Origin: Camelus ferus | Taxonomy: Eukaryota | Direction of reading: 5' to 3' | DNA length: 64,000 nucleotides | Assembly: GCF_009834535.1 (NCBI RefSeq) | Contig: NC_045697.1 | Span: forward strand, 67,830,001-67,894,000 | Shown: positions 52,640 through 64,000 of the stretch, piece after piece | Layout: each line of letters starts with the position of its first letter | Numbering within the stretch: the stretch's first letter is position 1 | Notes under the pieces: generated by a model | Databases searched by the model: none | What the model was told of the DNA's origin: nothing | Seen by the model: only the letters and a program-made list of their open reading frames with translations | Made by a program: the position numbers and the translations under genes

Positions 52640-53855
52640 TATTTTCCTTCCAGCTCTATTGAGATATGATTTACCTATGATTTATTTATGACATATAGCC
52701 CTGTGTAAGTTTAAGGTATAACAGCATAATGATTGGACTTTCACACATGATGAAATGATAACCACAATAAGTTTAGTGACTATCATCCCATATAGATACA
52801 AGATAGAAGAAAAAGGAAAAAAATATTTTTCCTTGTGATGAGAACTCTCAGGATTTACTCTTAAATATTTCCATATGTAACATAGAGCAGTGTTAATTAT
52901 ATTTATCATGTTGTGTGTTACATCCCTAGTACTTAGCTATCTTATAACTGAAAATGTGTACCTTTTGGCTACCTTCATCTAATTCCCCCTAACCCCACCC
53001 CCTCTGGTTCTGGTAGCCACAAATCTGATCTCTTTTTCTATGACTTTGCTTATATGTGAAGAATAATTGACCTACAACACTATGCTAGTTTCTGGTGCAC
53101 AACATAGTGATTCTATATGTCTATACATTACAGAATGATCACCGCAAGTTACCATCTGTCACCATACAAAGATATTACATTATTATTATGTTCCTCACAG
53201 TGTACATTTCATCCCATGACTCATTTATTTTGTAACTGTAAGTTTTTATCTTTTAATCTCCCTCATCTATTTCTCTCCTCCCCCAACTTCTTGGGCCTCT
53301 GGATACCACGTATTCGTTCTCTCTAGCTATGACTCTGCTTCTGTTTTATGTTTGTTCATTTGTTTTATTTTTTACATTCCACACATAAGTGAAATCATAC
53401 AGTATTTGTCCTTCTCTGTCTGACTTACTTCACTTAGCAAAATATGCTCTAGATTGATCCATGTTGTCACAAATGGCAAGGTTTCATTCTTTTTTCTATG
53501 GCCGGGTAATGTTCCATGGTACGTGTGTGTGTATATATATATATGTATATATACACACCATACCTTCTTTATCCATTTATCTATCAGTAGACAATTAGGT
53601 TGCTTCCTATCTTGGTTATTGTAAATAAAGCTGCAATGAACATAAGGGTGCATATATCTTTTTGAATTAGTGTTTATGTTTTCTCAGATAAATACCTAGA
53701 AGTAGAATTGCTGCATCATATGGTAGTCTTATTTTTAAATTTTTAAGGGACCCCCGTATTGTTTTCCAAAGTGGCTACACCAATTTACATTCTTACCAAC
53801 AGTGTACAAGTGTTTGCATTTCTCCACATCCTCACCAACATTTGTTACTGGTTGC
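52640..53855 (-). mobile_element. 5'-truncated L1, same bipartite-3'UTR family as 12530-14490
   Basis: gacatatagccctgtgtaagtttaagg...cacaaatctgatctctttttcta...ataattgacctacaac. ORF 53372-53653 gives LPFVTTWINLEHILLSEVSQTEKDKYCMISL. Confidence 0.9.
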
Positions 53856-54019
53856 TTAAGGAAAAAAAAATGATGATTTGTATATATAAAGAAGTAAATT
53901 TTATTTAAAAAATTTCATGGAAAATATAAAGAAGCATAAAAGAAAGAATAATAGGAATTAAAAACACTGAACCTTAATTCATTGATTAAAATCTATTTAG
54001 TAGAAAAGCAATCAATTAT

Positions 54020-54430
54020 TATGTTAAATATTTACTGGGTATCTACCATGTGCGATCCAGTTCTAAACACTAGACATGTTTCATCTCATTTATCCTCAAG
54101 ACACCAGAACAAAATAGGTAATATTATCACTGTTTTACAGATGAATAACTGAGGCTCACAGATAACAGTAAATTTCAGTGCTGAGGGTTCATAGTGAGGT
54201 AATAACTAAATGGTTAATAAAGCTAATTGCCCATATTCAGATATATATTAAATCTTAATTCTAATAATAGGAGTTAACAAGTAGCAATGCACAGTACTTA
54301 CATGGATCACCTGGTTCAATTCTGGTAACATAGATTAGAAATTTTCATTGTTATCACTTTACATTTAACAAAAGTGAGGCTTGGAAGGGGGGTAAATAAC
54401 TTTCAAAATCACTCAAATAGTAAGTGCTTA
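54020..54430 (-). mobile_element. MIR fragments (two)
   Basis: tatttactgggtatctaccatgtgc...tctcatttatcctca...ttttacagatgaataactgaggctcacaga. Second fragment at about 54290-54430. Confidence 0.7.
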
Positions 54431-55339
54431 AAGGAGTACTTGGATTAAAACTACCCACTTTAATTCCATAACTATTTCTCTTATATACTATTATATACAA
54501 TTTTATATTCCCCAGTCTAAGAAGTTATGTCATACAGAATACACACAGGCACACAAGAAATTAAATGTTATCCTGTCATTATTCTAACAAGAGTAATGAT
54601 ATGTACAGAAAACAGGAATACAAGTGTCACAGAAAAACGTGAAATCTTTGTGCACACCCGATAGATTACTCATCTTCTGCCTACACCAGAGAAAGATTCC
54701 AAATTTTATGTTACAATAAAAAGGACTGGCACAAGTTTCAGACCATTGACCCCTGCTGCTTCAAGATTTAGTGTGAAAAATGGAACATCAAAAATAAGAC
54801 TTCTACATAAAATACATTGTCCTATAATTTGCTCCTGGATAAACACATAAGCGGGTTCTATACAGGATAAATATATATCATTTGAATAATTCAGAATAGC
54901 TAAGGGGATTGAAATAAATAAAAAGTAAGGTTGCAAGACATTTGAAATAGTTTATACAGCATGTTTTTTTAAGCTGATATTGCTCATATTTATTTCTCCT
55001 TTTTTTCCTATGTAGTGCTTAAGAACTTATAAAAGTGCCTAATTTTTAGCCTCTTACTTATTTATATGAGGTAATTCTGGCATATATACCACCATCGGCT
55101 CTAACAAATGTGACAATGCAGCAAATAAAAACATGCTTCATTTATTAAGTTGCATAGTAGTGCTGTTCAGTTTGTAACCGACTTCCGAAAATGTTATCTT
55201 TGATGATTTGTTGCTTAGTTCTCTTCAGAGCTTGAAAAAAAAATGGGACTGTAGGTATGAGTTACAAAATATTAATGGCACTGTATGGTTTGTACTGGCC
55301 TGGGCTACTCTGTTGGACCAGGGCTTAGGAGTCACATTA

Positions 55340-55862
55340 TGTTAAAATTCAATCTGCCACTGAACCACACTGACTCCATTTTGTCAGTTCCGTCTTAGAC
55401 CTGCAGTCCTACCGACTTCCCTTTCTGCATGACTGAGCTTTAGCCTCCTCACAAGGAATGTGCCCAGGCCGGATAAGTTCCCTATCAACTTTCACCCTTG
55501 TCCTCATCTCACATGAAAACTGAAGAATGGCTTTTGCTGATGCAGATGGTTAATCGTCATGTAACCCCCAGGGAGGATGAGGGGGAAACCCTGGTTCCAG
55601 TTGGTCTGGACACCCTTCACACTAGGTAGTCGGATTTTCTTTTTTGCTTTGGCCCCTTTTAAATCCCCCTGTAAACCTTTCAACAGAGTGGAGTGAGTGC
55701 AGCTGTGAATAACTTGGGATCTTGTCCCCTGATCCCACCTGTATGTAAGTTACCCACAAACAACTTCAGAATTGTACTTTATGGAGTTGCCTGCTTCATT
55801 TTTTGTTCTCAAAGTTCCTTCTCAGTTCAGAGGATATTATTCAATATCTCTGCCTCTCAACA
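55340..55862 (+). mobile_element. ERV1-type solo LTR
   Basis: TGTTAA...TCAACA termini, gactccattttg near the 5' end, GC-richer island. TSD not clean (atta/acca). Confidence 0.6.
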
Positions 55863-58149
55863 ACCATAAAGGCTAATTAATTCTCAGATTGCAGACCTTG
55901 TCCCTTCGAAGCCACAAAATAGACTGGCACATCTCCTAGGGACAGTAATTATAATACTCTTCAAAATATTTGTATATGCAAACAAATACAGATGTCTCAT
56001 GAAAAAGAAGTAAAAATTCAAAAATATTTTAAAAGAATAGAGTTAAAATTTGCATGTGCAGAAAGGCCCCTAAGCTTCCCTGCCCAACCCTTGCTTTTGC
56101 CATTATAGGTACATTCTATTTCAGGTTTCTCACGAGGAAACATTCGAAAACCTCAGAATAGATACCTTGATAAAAAATGAGATAGGAAGAAGTTATCTCA
56201 CCACTGGTACTGACCTGGGTGACAATTCATTTCCTTCCCTGGCTAGTAAGCACTGCACACTTGTATTTAGGTCTCTGCCTTCATGTTTTTATAACAAACT
56301 TAGTCCTCAGCCAAGGCTAGTGTTTTACAATAACTTTTGCCCACTCACAGACAAGGATGTGAGCTCATATAATGAGCTTACAAAGATATCTTGTCATAAG
56401 ATTATAAATATACACTGATTGAATTGGAGTGAATATTTGAATATTGTTCTCATCTATTTTTCTCATTTATCAGAAAAAGATATGGCCAGTTAGAAGCCTA
56501 GGACGTTGATCTGTATGTGTATATATATGTGTTTTATTTTGCCCACTTTTTTTTATAAAGAAGTATTTTTCGATCCATAAAAAAATCTGTAGTATCAGCT
56601 TCTTTTAAAACAGGAAGCTCTGGCAACAATTTGCCCACCTTCTGGATAGCAACAATCTGCAATATCCAAATAGTAAATGGTACTTCACACAGATTATTGG
56701 TTCTTTGGTTGGCCACAGTCCCCACTACTCCCTATTATTTATTGCTTTCATCCATCTTCTTTAATTTATTTCACCTCTCTGGCATTTGAGCATCAAGACA
56801 ATTAAAACAAGCACATACTAATTCAGCATTTTGACTACTAAGTCATCCATTAAGTGCATGATTTTGGTAAATATGACTGAACTGCTTTTGAATTAAAACA
56901 GCCTAAGTATGATATATGCATCTTGTAGTAGCATTGATCTATTGCTTGCCAAATGTCAGTGTATGTACATTATTTTAAATTAATGGTAAATTTCCAGGTC
57001 AAAAAAATTAAGGGATGAAGGAAGAGAGAAACTGCTTAGAGAAATTGAATTGATTATTTACCTCTCCTAAGTGCAAGGCCACAAGAACATTTTGGTTAGA
57101 GAGAGGATGTCAACAATTTAGCTACTTTATGAGCGTAAGTGATTCAGTCTTCAATTATGGGTTGTTTATAACAAGTAAGGTTAGTCATTAACTCTACCCA
57201 TAATCTCAACAATCTTGGCTTACTTTCAAAAATGACTAATAAGCATAATGATGATAATTTGATTGAATTTAGTTTTATATTACTTTACAGAATTTATGGT
57301 CAAAATACAAATGTATTTTATCCAATTAGTAAAGCCTGATGTATTTCTCCTATAAATCTCCAATTCTTAAATCAAGTTCAGAAAAGTTAATCATGACTAT
57401 GGATGACCTAATGCTTATTAATGAGTCTAATTCATCCTTTTTAGAATTTTAGAGATGAGAAAAACAAAAAAAAGACCACAAAAATGCAATCATCAAAATG
57501 ACCTGTGTTATAATTAAATGTAAGTTATCCTTAAAAGCAATTTACTCATTTACATTTTTAGAGTTTTTCTTTGTGAAGGTGTCCAAAAGTAGGGTTCAAA
57601 ATAAGAAAACTCTTACTCTTTTGCAGTGATAAATTTTCAGATATTTTTCAATAGATATTCAAAGAAGAGAAGAAATAGATCTGTATATCTAATATTCTAT
57701 TTGTTCTGACTCATTTTATGCACATATTTCCTGAGTTTTGTCAGACAATGTCCTTCTAACTCAGAAATTCAAATGTAGATTAATTTTAATACGTATTTCT
57801 GGAAATAAAACTGCCAATTACTAAACAATTCATTTCAATTCCTTATGGAAAATGCTATAATCATTATTATCATGGTTATAATTTTCCACTTTCTTCTTTT
57901 TCACGCCTTGTCATAAGATCATAGAGGATAAACAGCTAATTTATTATTTTCAGTCAGCTATCCTAGTCTTCAGATTGATTCTGAACAAATCACATTGGAT
58001 TCCTAATCAAGGCTCCATAAAAAATGTATTATTTTTATGAACAGAGTGGGGGATGTAATCAGAAAAAAATGATAAGAACAAAGAAATTGGAAATAGAAAA
58101 TCTGGATAGAGAGAAAGAAAATTATGGCAATTTCCAGATGATAAAATTA

Positions 58150-58640
58150 GATACCTACAAATGTAAGAAAAACAATTAGAAAATGGTTTCATACAAGAGA
58201 ATGTGATTACAAGGTTATTATTACTTTTTTTTTTTTTACAAAAAGTAGCTTTTCCATATTCCAAAAAGAAAAACATTATGAGTATAAATTAACCTACCTA
58301 TAAAAGCAATAAAAAGATAAAATACTTAGAAACAAAGTTAGAAGAAATGAGACGAAAACCTTATGAAGAAAATTTTAAAAGACCAAGAGGAACATATAAT
58401 CAAAAAAGACGAACAAATGGTAATATATATTCTATCATTAGCTAGGAAAATTCAATAGTAATTCAATGACAGTCTAATTTGAAAATATAATTGCAGTAAA
58501 AAGTTATGTTTTCAATCTTACTGGAAATAGTCATGCTAATTCCAAACTTATTTTAAAAATAAAATGAATAAAATAATTTAGCATTTGTACATGCACAGGC
58601 TCAGAACTCAATGGAAAAGACAGGATAGTCTTGGCTATAA
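58150..58640 (+). mobile_element. Decayed L1 ORF2 fragment
   Basis: ataaaatacttagaaacaaagtta...aaccttatgaagaaaattttaaaa...gaacaaatgg...ggaaaattcaatag. Confidence 0.6.
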
Positions 58641-58689
58641 CATGATGTGGTGTACAAACAAAATACTTTTTGCAATTTATTTAAATCTT

Positions 58690-61280
58690 AATTTACTCTT
58701 TTAAATGCCCGCTGAAGTACAGTACACATATAGAGAAGTACAGAGACTAGAAATTGTACAGTTCAATTACACTTTACAAAGTAACACAGAGCCATAATCC
58801 AGATGAAGATATAGAATATTACCATCCTCCTGGAAATGTCCACTTCATCCTCTTCCAGTTATTAGCACCAAAAGGAACTTATTAATTTAGCTTGCTAGTA
58901 GTTGAGCTTTACATAAATGAAAACAAATTGAAAAATGAAAATTTTGTGTCTAGCTTCTTTCATTCACCAGTAAGTGTGTGAGATTTATCACTTTGTTGCT
59001 TATAGTCATATTTTATTGTTGGTGGACATTTGTATTGTTTGAAGTTTTGGAAAAACTGACATTCATAGCCTGTATTTAATAGATCAGAGAGTATCTATAA
59101 GCTCAGACTTAGTAAATATTGAAAAAGTATTTTCTAAAGCAGTATACCAATTTACATTCCAACTAGTAGTGAATGAGCTTTCCATTTGCTCCTATCGTCA
59201 ACTCTTGAAATCATCTTTTTTTAAGTTTTTTTGAGTTTTTTCCACTGTTGTGGTAGGTCCATGGTGGCATTTAATTGTGCCATTATTCTTTATTTCCCTC
59301 ATGACTACTGATGTTGGAATTCTTTACATAGGCTGTGTTATCATTTAGATGCCATCTTTGTAAGGAATTAATTCAAATTTTATCTATTTTATAAGATTTG
59401 GGTTGTCTTTTTTTTCTTATTGATATTTAGAAAGTCTTTGCTTATTCTGGATACAAATCCTTTGTTGGATATGACTTACTTTCCCAGCTCTGTGGCTTGC
59501 TATTCCTTCCTCTTCATGGTTTCTTTTGATGAGCAAACTTTCTAATTTTAATGGAGTTCAATTATCAATAATTTTTTTATGATTAGTACTTTTTGCAGCC
59601 AGTTTAAAAATCTTTGCCTACTCCAAAGTCATAAAGATATCACATGTTTTATTCTAGAATTACTATTGTTTTATCATCCAAATAGTTCTAAATCCATCTG
59701 TAATTGGTTTTATATACAGTGTGATGTAGATAGATTCATATTCTCCTATGCAGGTATAGAATTAATCCAGCCTCATTTATTAGGAAGAGCATCCTTCCTT
59801 ACCATATTGCAGAGGCATCTTTGTCTTAAATCAAGCTAATTTCTGTACTATCTATTGTATTTCATTACTCTGTTTGTCTGTTCTTGAGTAAGTACTGCAC
59901 TGCTTTAATAGCCATGACTTTATTATATGTCTTGATGACAACTATATCCTCTGACAATGTTCATTTCCTCAAGATTGTCTTCACTTTTCTTGACTCTCAT
60001 CCTTACATGAGTTAAAATCAGCTCATCAATTTACTTGCTGAGATTTTTTATTGAGATTGCATTGTATCTATAGTTTCATTCAGGGAGAAGTGACAAATAC
60101 AATATAAAGTATTGATTAATACTCCATTGATTAATCTTCTTTAATTAATTGCATTAATATTTTTCTTGGTATATAACTCTTGCACAAGTTTCTTAGTTGA
60201 ATATTTTGATAATTAATATCTTTTCACATTTCCATTTCTTAATTAAAAATACAACTGACTTTGTATGTTAATATTTAATGCAATGATCTTTTTAAAAATA
60301 TGTATTTTTTTATTGAAGTATAATCAGTTTACAATGTTGTGTCAATTTCTGGTATAGAGTATAATGCTTCAGTCATACATGAACATACATATATTCATTT
60401 TCATATTTTTTCACCATAAGTTACTACAGGATATTGAATATAGTTCCCTGAAAACCAGTGATCTTTTTAAAGTCACATTAAGTTTAACTGTCTCTTTCTA
60501 ATATTCTTTTGAATTCCTATATACTATATAATGTCATCTGTGAATACAGTGTTACTTCTTCCTTTTCAATCCTTGTATCTTTTATTTCTTTTTCTTCTAT
60601 CACTGAGCTCCCTCCAATGAAATATTGAATAGAAGTGGTGTTTGTAAGCTTCTCTATCTCATCCCTAGTTTCACAGTTAAATTTTATATCACCATTAAAT
60701 AGGATGTTTACTGTAGATTTTGGTTGATACTCCATTGCATTAAGTAAGCTCCCTTCTATTTCTGGTCTGCTAATTATTTTTAAAATTCATGAATAGTTGA
60801 ATTTTGTTAAATATTTTTTTCATCATCTATTGGTATGGTTATATAATTTTCCTCCCATATCTTGTTAATGAGGAGAATTATACTGTTTCATTTTTAAATT
60901 CTAAACCTATATAGATTTGTAGAATAAATCAACTTTTCAAGATGTCTTTTTTAATATGCCTAAATTCAATTTTTCAATAATTTTTTCTTCTCTGAGTTGC
61001 CCCATTCTCCCTTTCTCCATATCTAGAATTCTAGTTATCTGAATACTAGGTATTTTTCTACATAACATATATCTCATTTTTTTCTGTGTTTTCCTTTTTT
61101 TTTTCCCTAGACTTCAGTTTGATATTTTCTACTAAACTATCTTTTCCTTTAATGATTATCTTCCTGTGGTCTAGTGTGCTGCTAAAGCATATTGAATTAT
61201 AATTTTAGTTATTTTATTTTTTAATTTTAGAGTATTTATTTGATTTTCCTGAAGAGATTTTTTTCTGGCTGGTAATTAAC
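58690..61280 (-). mobile_element. Old L1M/L1ME LINE, fragmented
   Basis: Antisense 3'UTR (tgtacagttcaattacactttacaaagtaacac) through ORF2 (ataatgtcatctgtgaatacag; ORF 60517-60735 EKEIKDTRIEKEEVTLYSQM). Confidence 0.75.
60297..60455 (-). mobile_element. Short young L1 3' end (camelid-like) nested in the old L1
   Basis: tattgaagtataatcagtttacaatgttgtgtcaatttctgg...gatattgaatatagttccctg. TSD ca(a/g)tgatctttttaaa at 60281-60296 and 60456-60471. Confidence 0.88.
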
Positions 61281-62904
61281 ACGACCTATACTTACTGTGG
61301 GACTGAGGGAATATTTCCTTATATCCTCTTCACTGTCAAACCCAAGCAAAAGTGGAAACATTAAAAATTTCTATTTCCAATATGATTTTTCAATGATTCA
61401 ATTTCCTTTTAAAGCATAAAAATCTTGTCATTCCAGAGCTTGGCAGAGATTTGCTCAAGTGAAGACACAATACCTGCTAATTAGGTTAGTTTGGGCAGCC
61501 ATTTATCTTTTTCAAAGCATTCAACAATATTTGGATTAATATTTTCTCAAATGTACTATTGAAATTCACCTTCCAGCTCACTTTGCTGAGAATTCTCTCT
61601 GCAATGAATCCAGATTTTTGTATGTATTGAAAGATTTATGTGTTCTTTGTCCAGTTTGACATGCTCAAGAGAACTAATCCTTTTACAAAGTTAATCATTT
61701 TATAGCATCATCCAGATATTTTAGTTTTCATTTCCTCTCCAGATTTTTTGAAACCAGCATTCATCTGTGAATAATGCAATTTATTATAACAATGTCAAGA
61801 TTTTATTTTGTAACAAGAGGCAAAGCCTCTCATGGAGTCAACCACCAATGGAATAACATCATGAAGAAGCCAACACAGTTTCTCCTGGACAGAACTTTCT
61901 AAATATGGAGACAAAACAATTAAATGTATCTTGGCCTTTTTTTGTTTCAGACAGAACATTGCAGCAAGAAAACATCATTCAAGAATTTCACCAACATTTA
62001 CAATTTTTACAAATGCTAGAGCTTGCTACCTAATGGTGAAATCTGTATACTCATCAGTCTGGAAGGAGTTGTTTTTCTATTTATCGCTCTTAAATCTCTT
62101 CAGTTTCAGGTGATACTTCAGTTAATATTTCAACTTATATTGATAGAAAGTGGAGTCATTGATTAATTAAGCTGCATCTTGACATAGCATCTTCTCACTC
62201 TAATTTTACATGTTCATTCATTAAGCTCTCACCAACCATGTGAACTTTTTCTTTTTTGGGGGGACAATGATTCCTGCTACTAAATAACTTGGTTCTTGAA
62301 ACTTTTCATTAAATGCAGCTTTTTTTCAAAATAAAATCTTTACTGAGTTTAAGATTTCAAGAACTATTTCTTAGTGCTTTCCTTATTAAGCTGACTGTGT
62401 TTTGTAGTTGTGTCCTTTTGATCCTGTTGCTTCACTTAGACATTGTTTGCAACAAACCTTGTATAATAGGATTAGGTAACTTGGAATGTCAGCTCTCATA
62501 AAAATAATTAGCTTTCTTGATAAAGATAGGGCTTTTTATTTGTTTGTTTTGCTGCTATAGTTTGTTTTTCACTTTGTTGCTCTGCTTCAGTTACTTTGAA
62601 ATGATTTTGAAGATTGTGATTGTTTATTTCCAATCTTATTAGAGGTATCTGTAGACGCAAGCCTAGAATCCTCTTCCATTTCACACCTCATGTTCAGAAA
62701 ACACCAGATGGGATATCAAATATGTTTGTAAACAGAAACATTAATAAAACAAACGGATAATAAATAATTTAAGAAGAGAATGACCAAAGTATTAAAACTT
62801 CAGAACTCTTCCAATCTACACATCCACATTTTGCAACATTTGCAGTAATAGCAAAGTGGCAGGAGGACTCCTGACTTAATGGTGCACAGAAATTCTGTCT
62901 TTAG

Positions 62905-63080
62905 AATAAAGATAGAAGCTTTCTCTACCATGCTCCTCACTTCCTTCTGGGAAGTCACCAGAAGCATGTTTAAAGTCCACATTTCTGCTAACACTCTGTT
63001 GGAGGCAATCTAGGCTTTTTCTATGAAGTACTTCAAATTCCTTCCATTCTTTACCACTATCCAACTCCAAAGTCACTCCA
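62905..63080 (-). mobile_element. MaLR internal (MLT1-int-like) fragment
   Basis: Minus strand gtgactttggagttggatagtggtaaagaatggaaggaatttgaag...agaaaaagcctagattgcc...agaaatgtggactttaaa. ORF 62876-63076 gives LELDSGKEWKEFEVLHRKSLDCLQQSVSRN. Confidence 0.7.
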
Positions 63081-63381
63081 GGAGCTGATACTGCAGCCCA
63101 CAGGTAGAATTTCTGCTTACCAGGGAAATCTCCATTCTGCTCTTAAGGCTTTTCTATTGATTGGATCGGTCACATGCAGATTATCAAGGATCATCACCTT
63201 TACATAAAGTTAACAGATTATAGATGTTAATCACATCCACAATATAGCATTACAGCAAAACTTCACTTGATCTTAGCCAAAAGGCCAAGAAGCGATACAC
63301 AGCAAAACTTAAAATGTGTGTCTGTTTGAATAACTGGGTCCTATAGCCTAGCCAAGTTGACACATAAAACTGATCATCATA
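63081..63381 (-). mobile_element. MLT2 (ERVL) LTR, 5' half
   Basis: Minus strand ttttatgtgtcaacttggctaggctata...ccagttattcaaac...gtgattaacatctataatc...ccaatcaatagaaaagccttaagagc. Confidence 0.8.
63264..63296 (-). pseudogene. RNU2: 3'-truncated (tailless) U2 snRNA retropseudogene, nt 1-33
   Basis: Reverse complement ATCGCTTCTTGGCCTTTTGGCTAAGATCAAGTG equals U2 nt 1-33 with one C>T at a CpG. 12-bp TSD acagcaaaactt at 63252-63263 and 63299-63310. Confidence 0.93.
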
Positions 63382-64000
63382 GTAATTTAAGCAGTATTAA
63401 AATTAATTTCAATATTAAAACAGCAGCATTAACCCCAGGTATAGTACATATTGTTGTTTTATTATATCTAAAATGTTAAGAAGGAAGTTTTGAAAAACAG
63501 AAAGGATCTTGTACATTGATCTATCCTATCCCTATGTTACACAAACCTCTATGTGCAAGTTCAGTGTAAGATGCACTGAGATAAATACACTTGGTTACTG
63601 TGGACACCTAATTGGTAAGATAATGAGGAATACAGCCTAGGCATAGTAGAGAGGTAAAGTGAAGAGTAATGGACCAGACAGAATTTGTCAGGTACCTTGT
63701 CAGAGCACCTTTATCTCTTATCTTAGTTTTTCTTATAATTAGTGTCTTTTAAAATAGAGAACTTAATTACATTTGCCTTAAAATGAAACTATCTTGGAAA
63801 GAAATTCAATGAAATTTATACAAAGATTTAAAAAACCCTGATACCGGAAACTGAGTTAAAACAAGGTTTATTGTATACAGAAGAAGTAGAGCAAACTGAC
63901 CAAAATGTGTTAGAGTAAAAAATCTTATTTCTTGGTCTAAAATACTAATTCAATATTAATATTATCATATAATGACACATTGTAGCATTAGCAATAGGAG

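Noticed and set aside
56534..56725. Possible terminal exon IVAIQKVGKLLPELPVLKEADTTDFFMDRKILLYKKKWAK*
   Set aside because: Weak acceptor tract, no recognised homolog and no upstream partner exons.
61951..62035. Strong plus-strand acceptor (tttttttgtttcag) followed by RTLQQENIIQEFHQHLQFLQMLELAT*
   Set aside because: No good donor, no recognisable protein and no supporting exon chain.
1..64000. CRISPR arrays, operons, tRNA/rRNA genes or a novel multi-gene system
   Set aside because: The sequence is mammalian repeat-rich non-coding DNA. I saw no regularly spaced repeats, no long ORFs and no structured RNA genes beyond the U2 fragment.

Overview
AT-rich, CpG-poor eutherian mammal genomic DNA, intergenic or deep-intronic. 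The youngest L1 3' ends look cetartiodactyl and most resemble camelid L1 (recalled from memory, not searched). No protein-coding gene could be identified. The ORF track is mostly chance ORFs or decayed L1 ORF2 and MaLR-internal frames. A large share of the window is transposon debris: many L1 fragments, MIR, L2, MLT1/MLT2/LTR16/LTR41-like LTRs, four ERV1-type solo LTRs (one MER41-like), MER5A and microsatellites. The best-supported notable items are a 33-nt tailless U2 snRNA retrocopy with a 12-bp TSD, a twin-primed (5'-inverted) L1, two short young L1 3' ends with long TSDs, a MER41-like solo LTR with a remodelled STAT motif pair, and a 217-nt candidate minus-strand exon at 430-646. I found no convincing previously undescribed biological system. 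Repeat family names are by-eye matches to remembered consensus sequences, and boundaries without TSDs are approximate.
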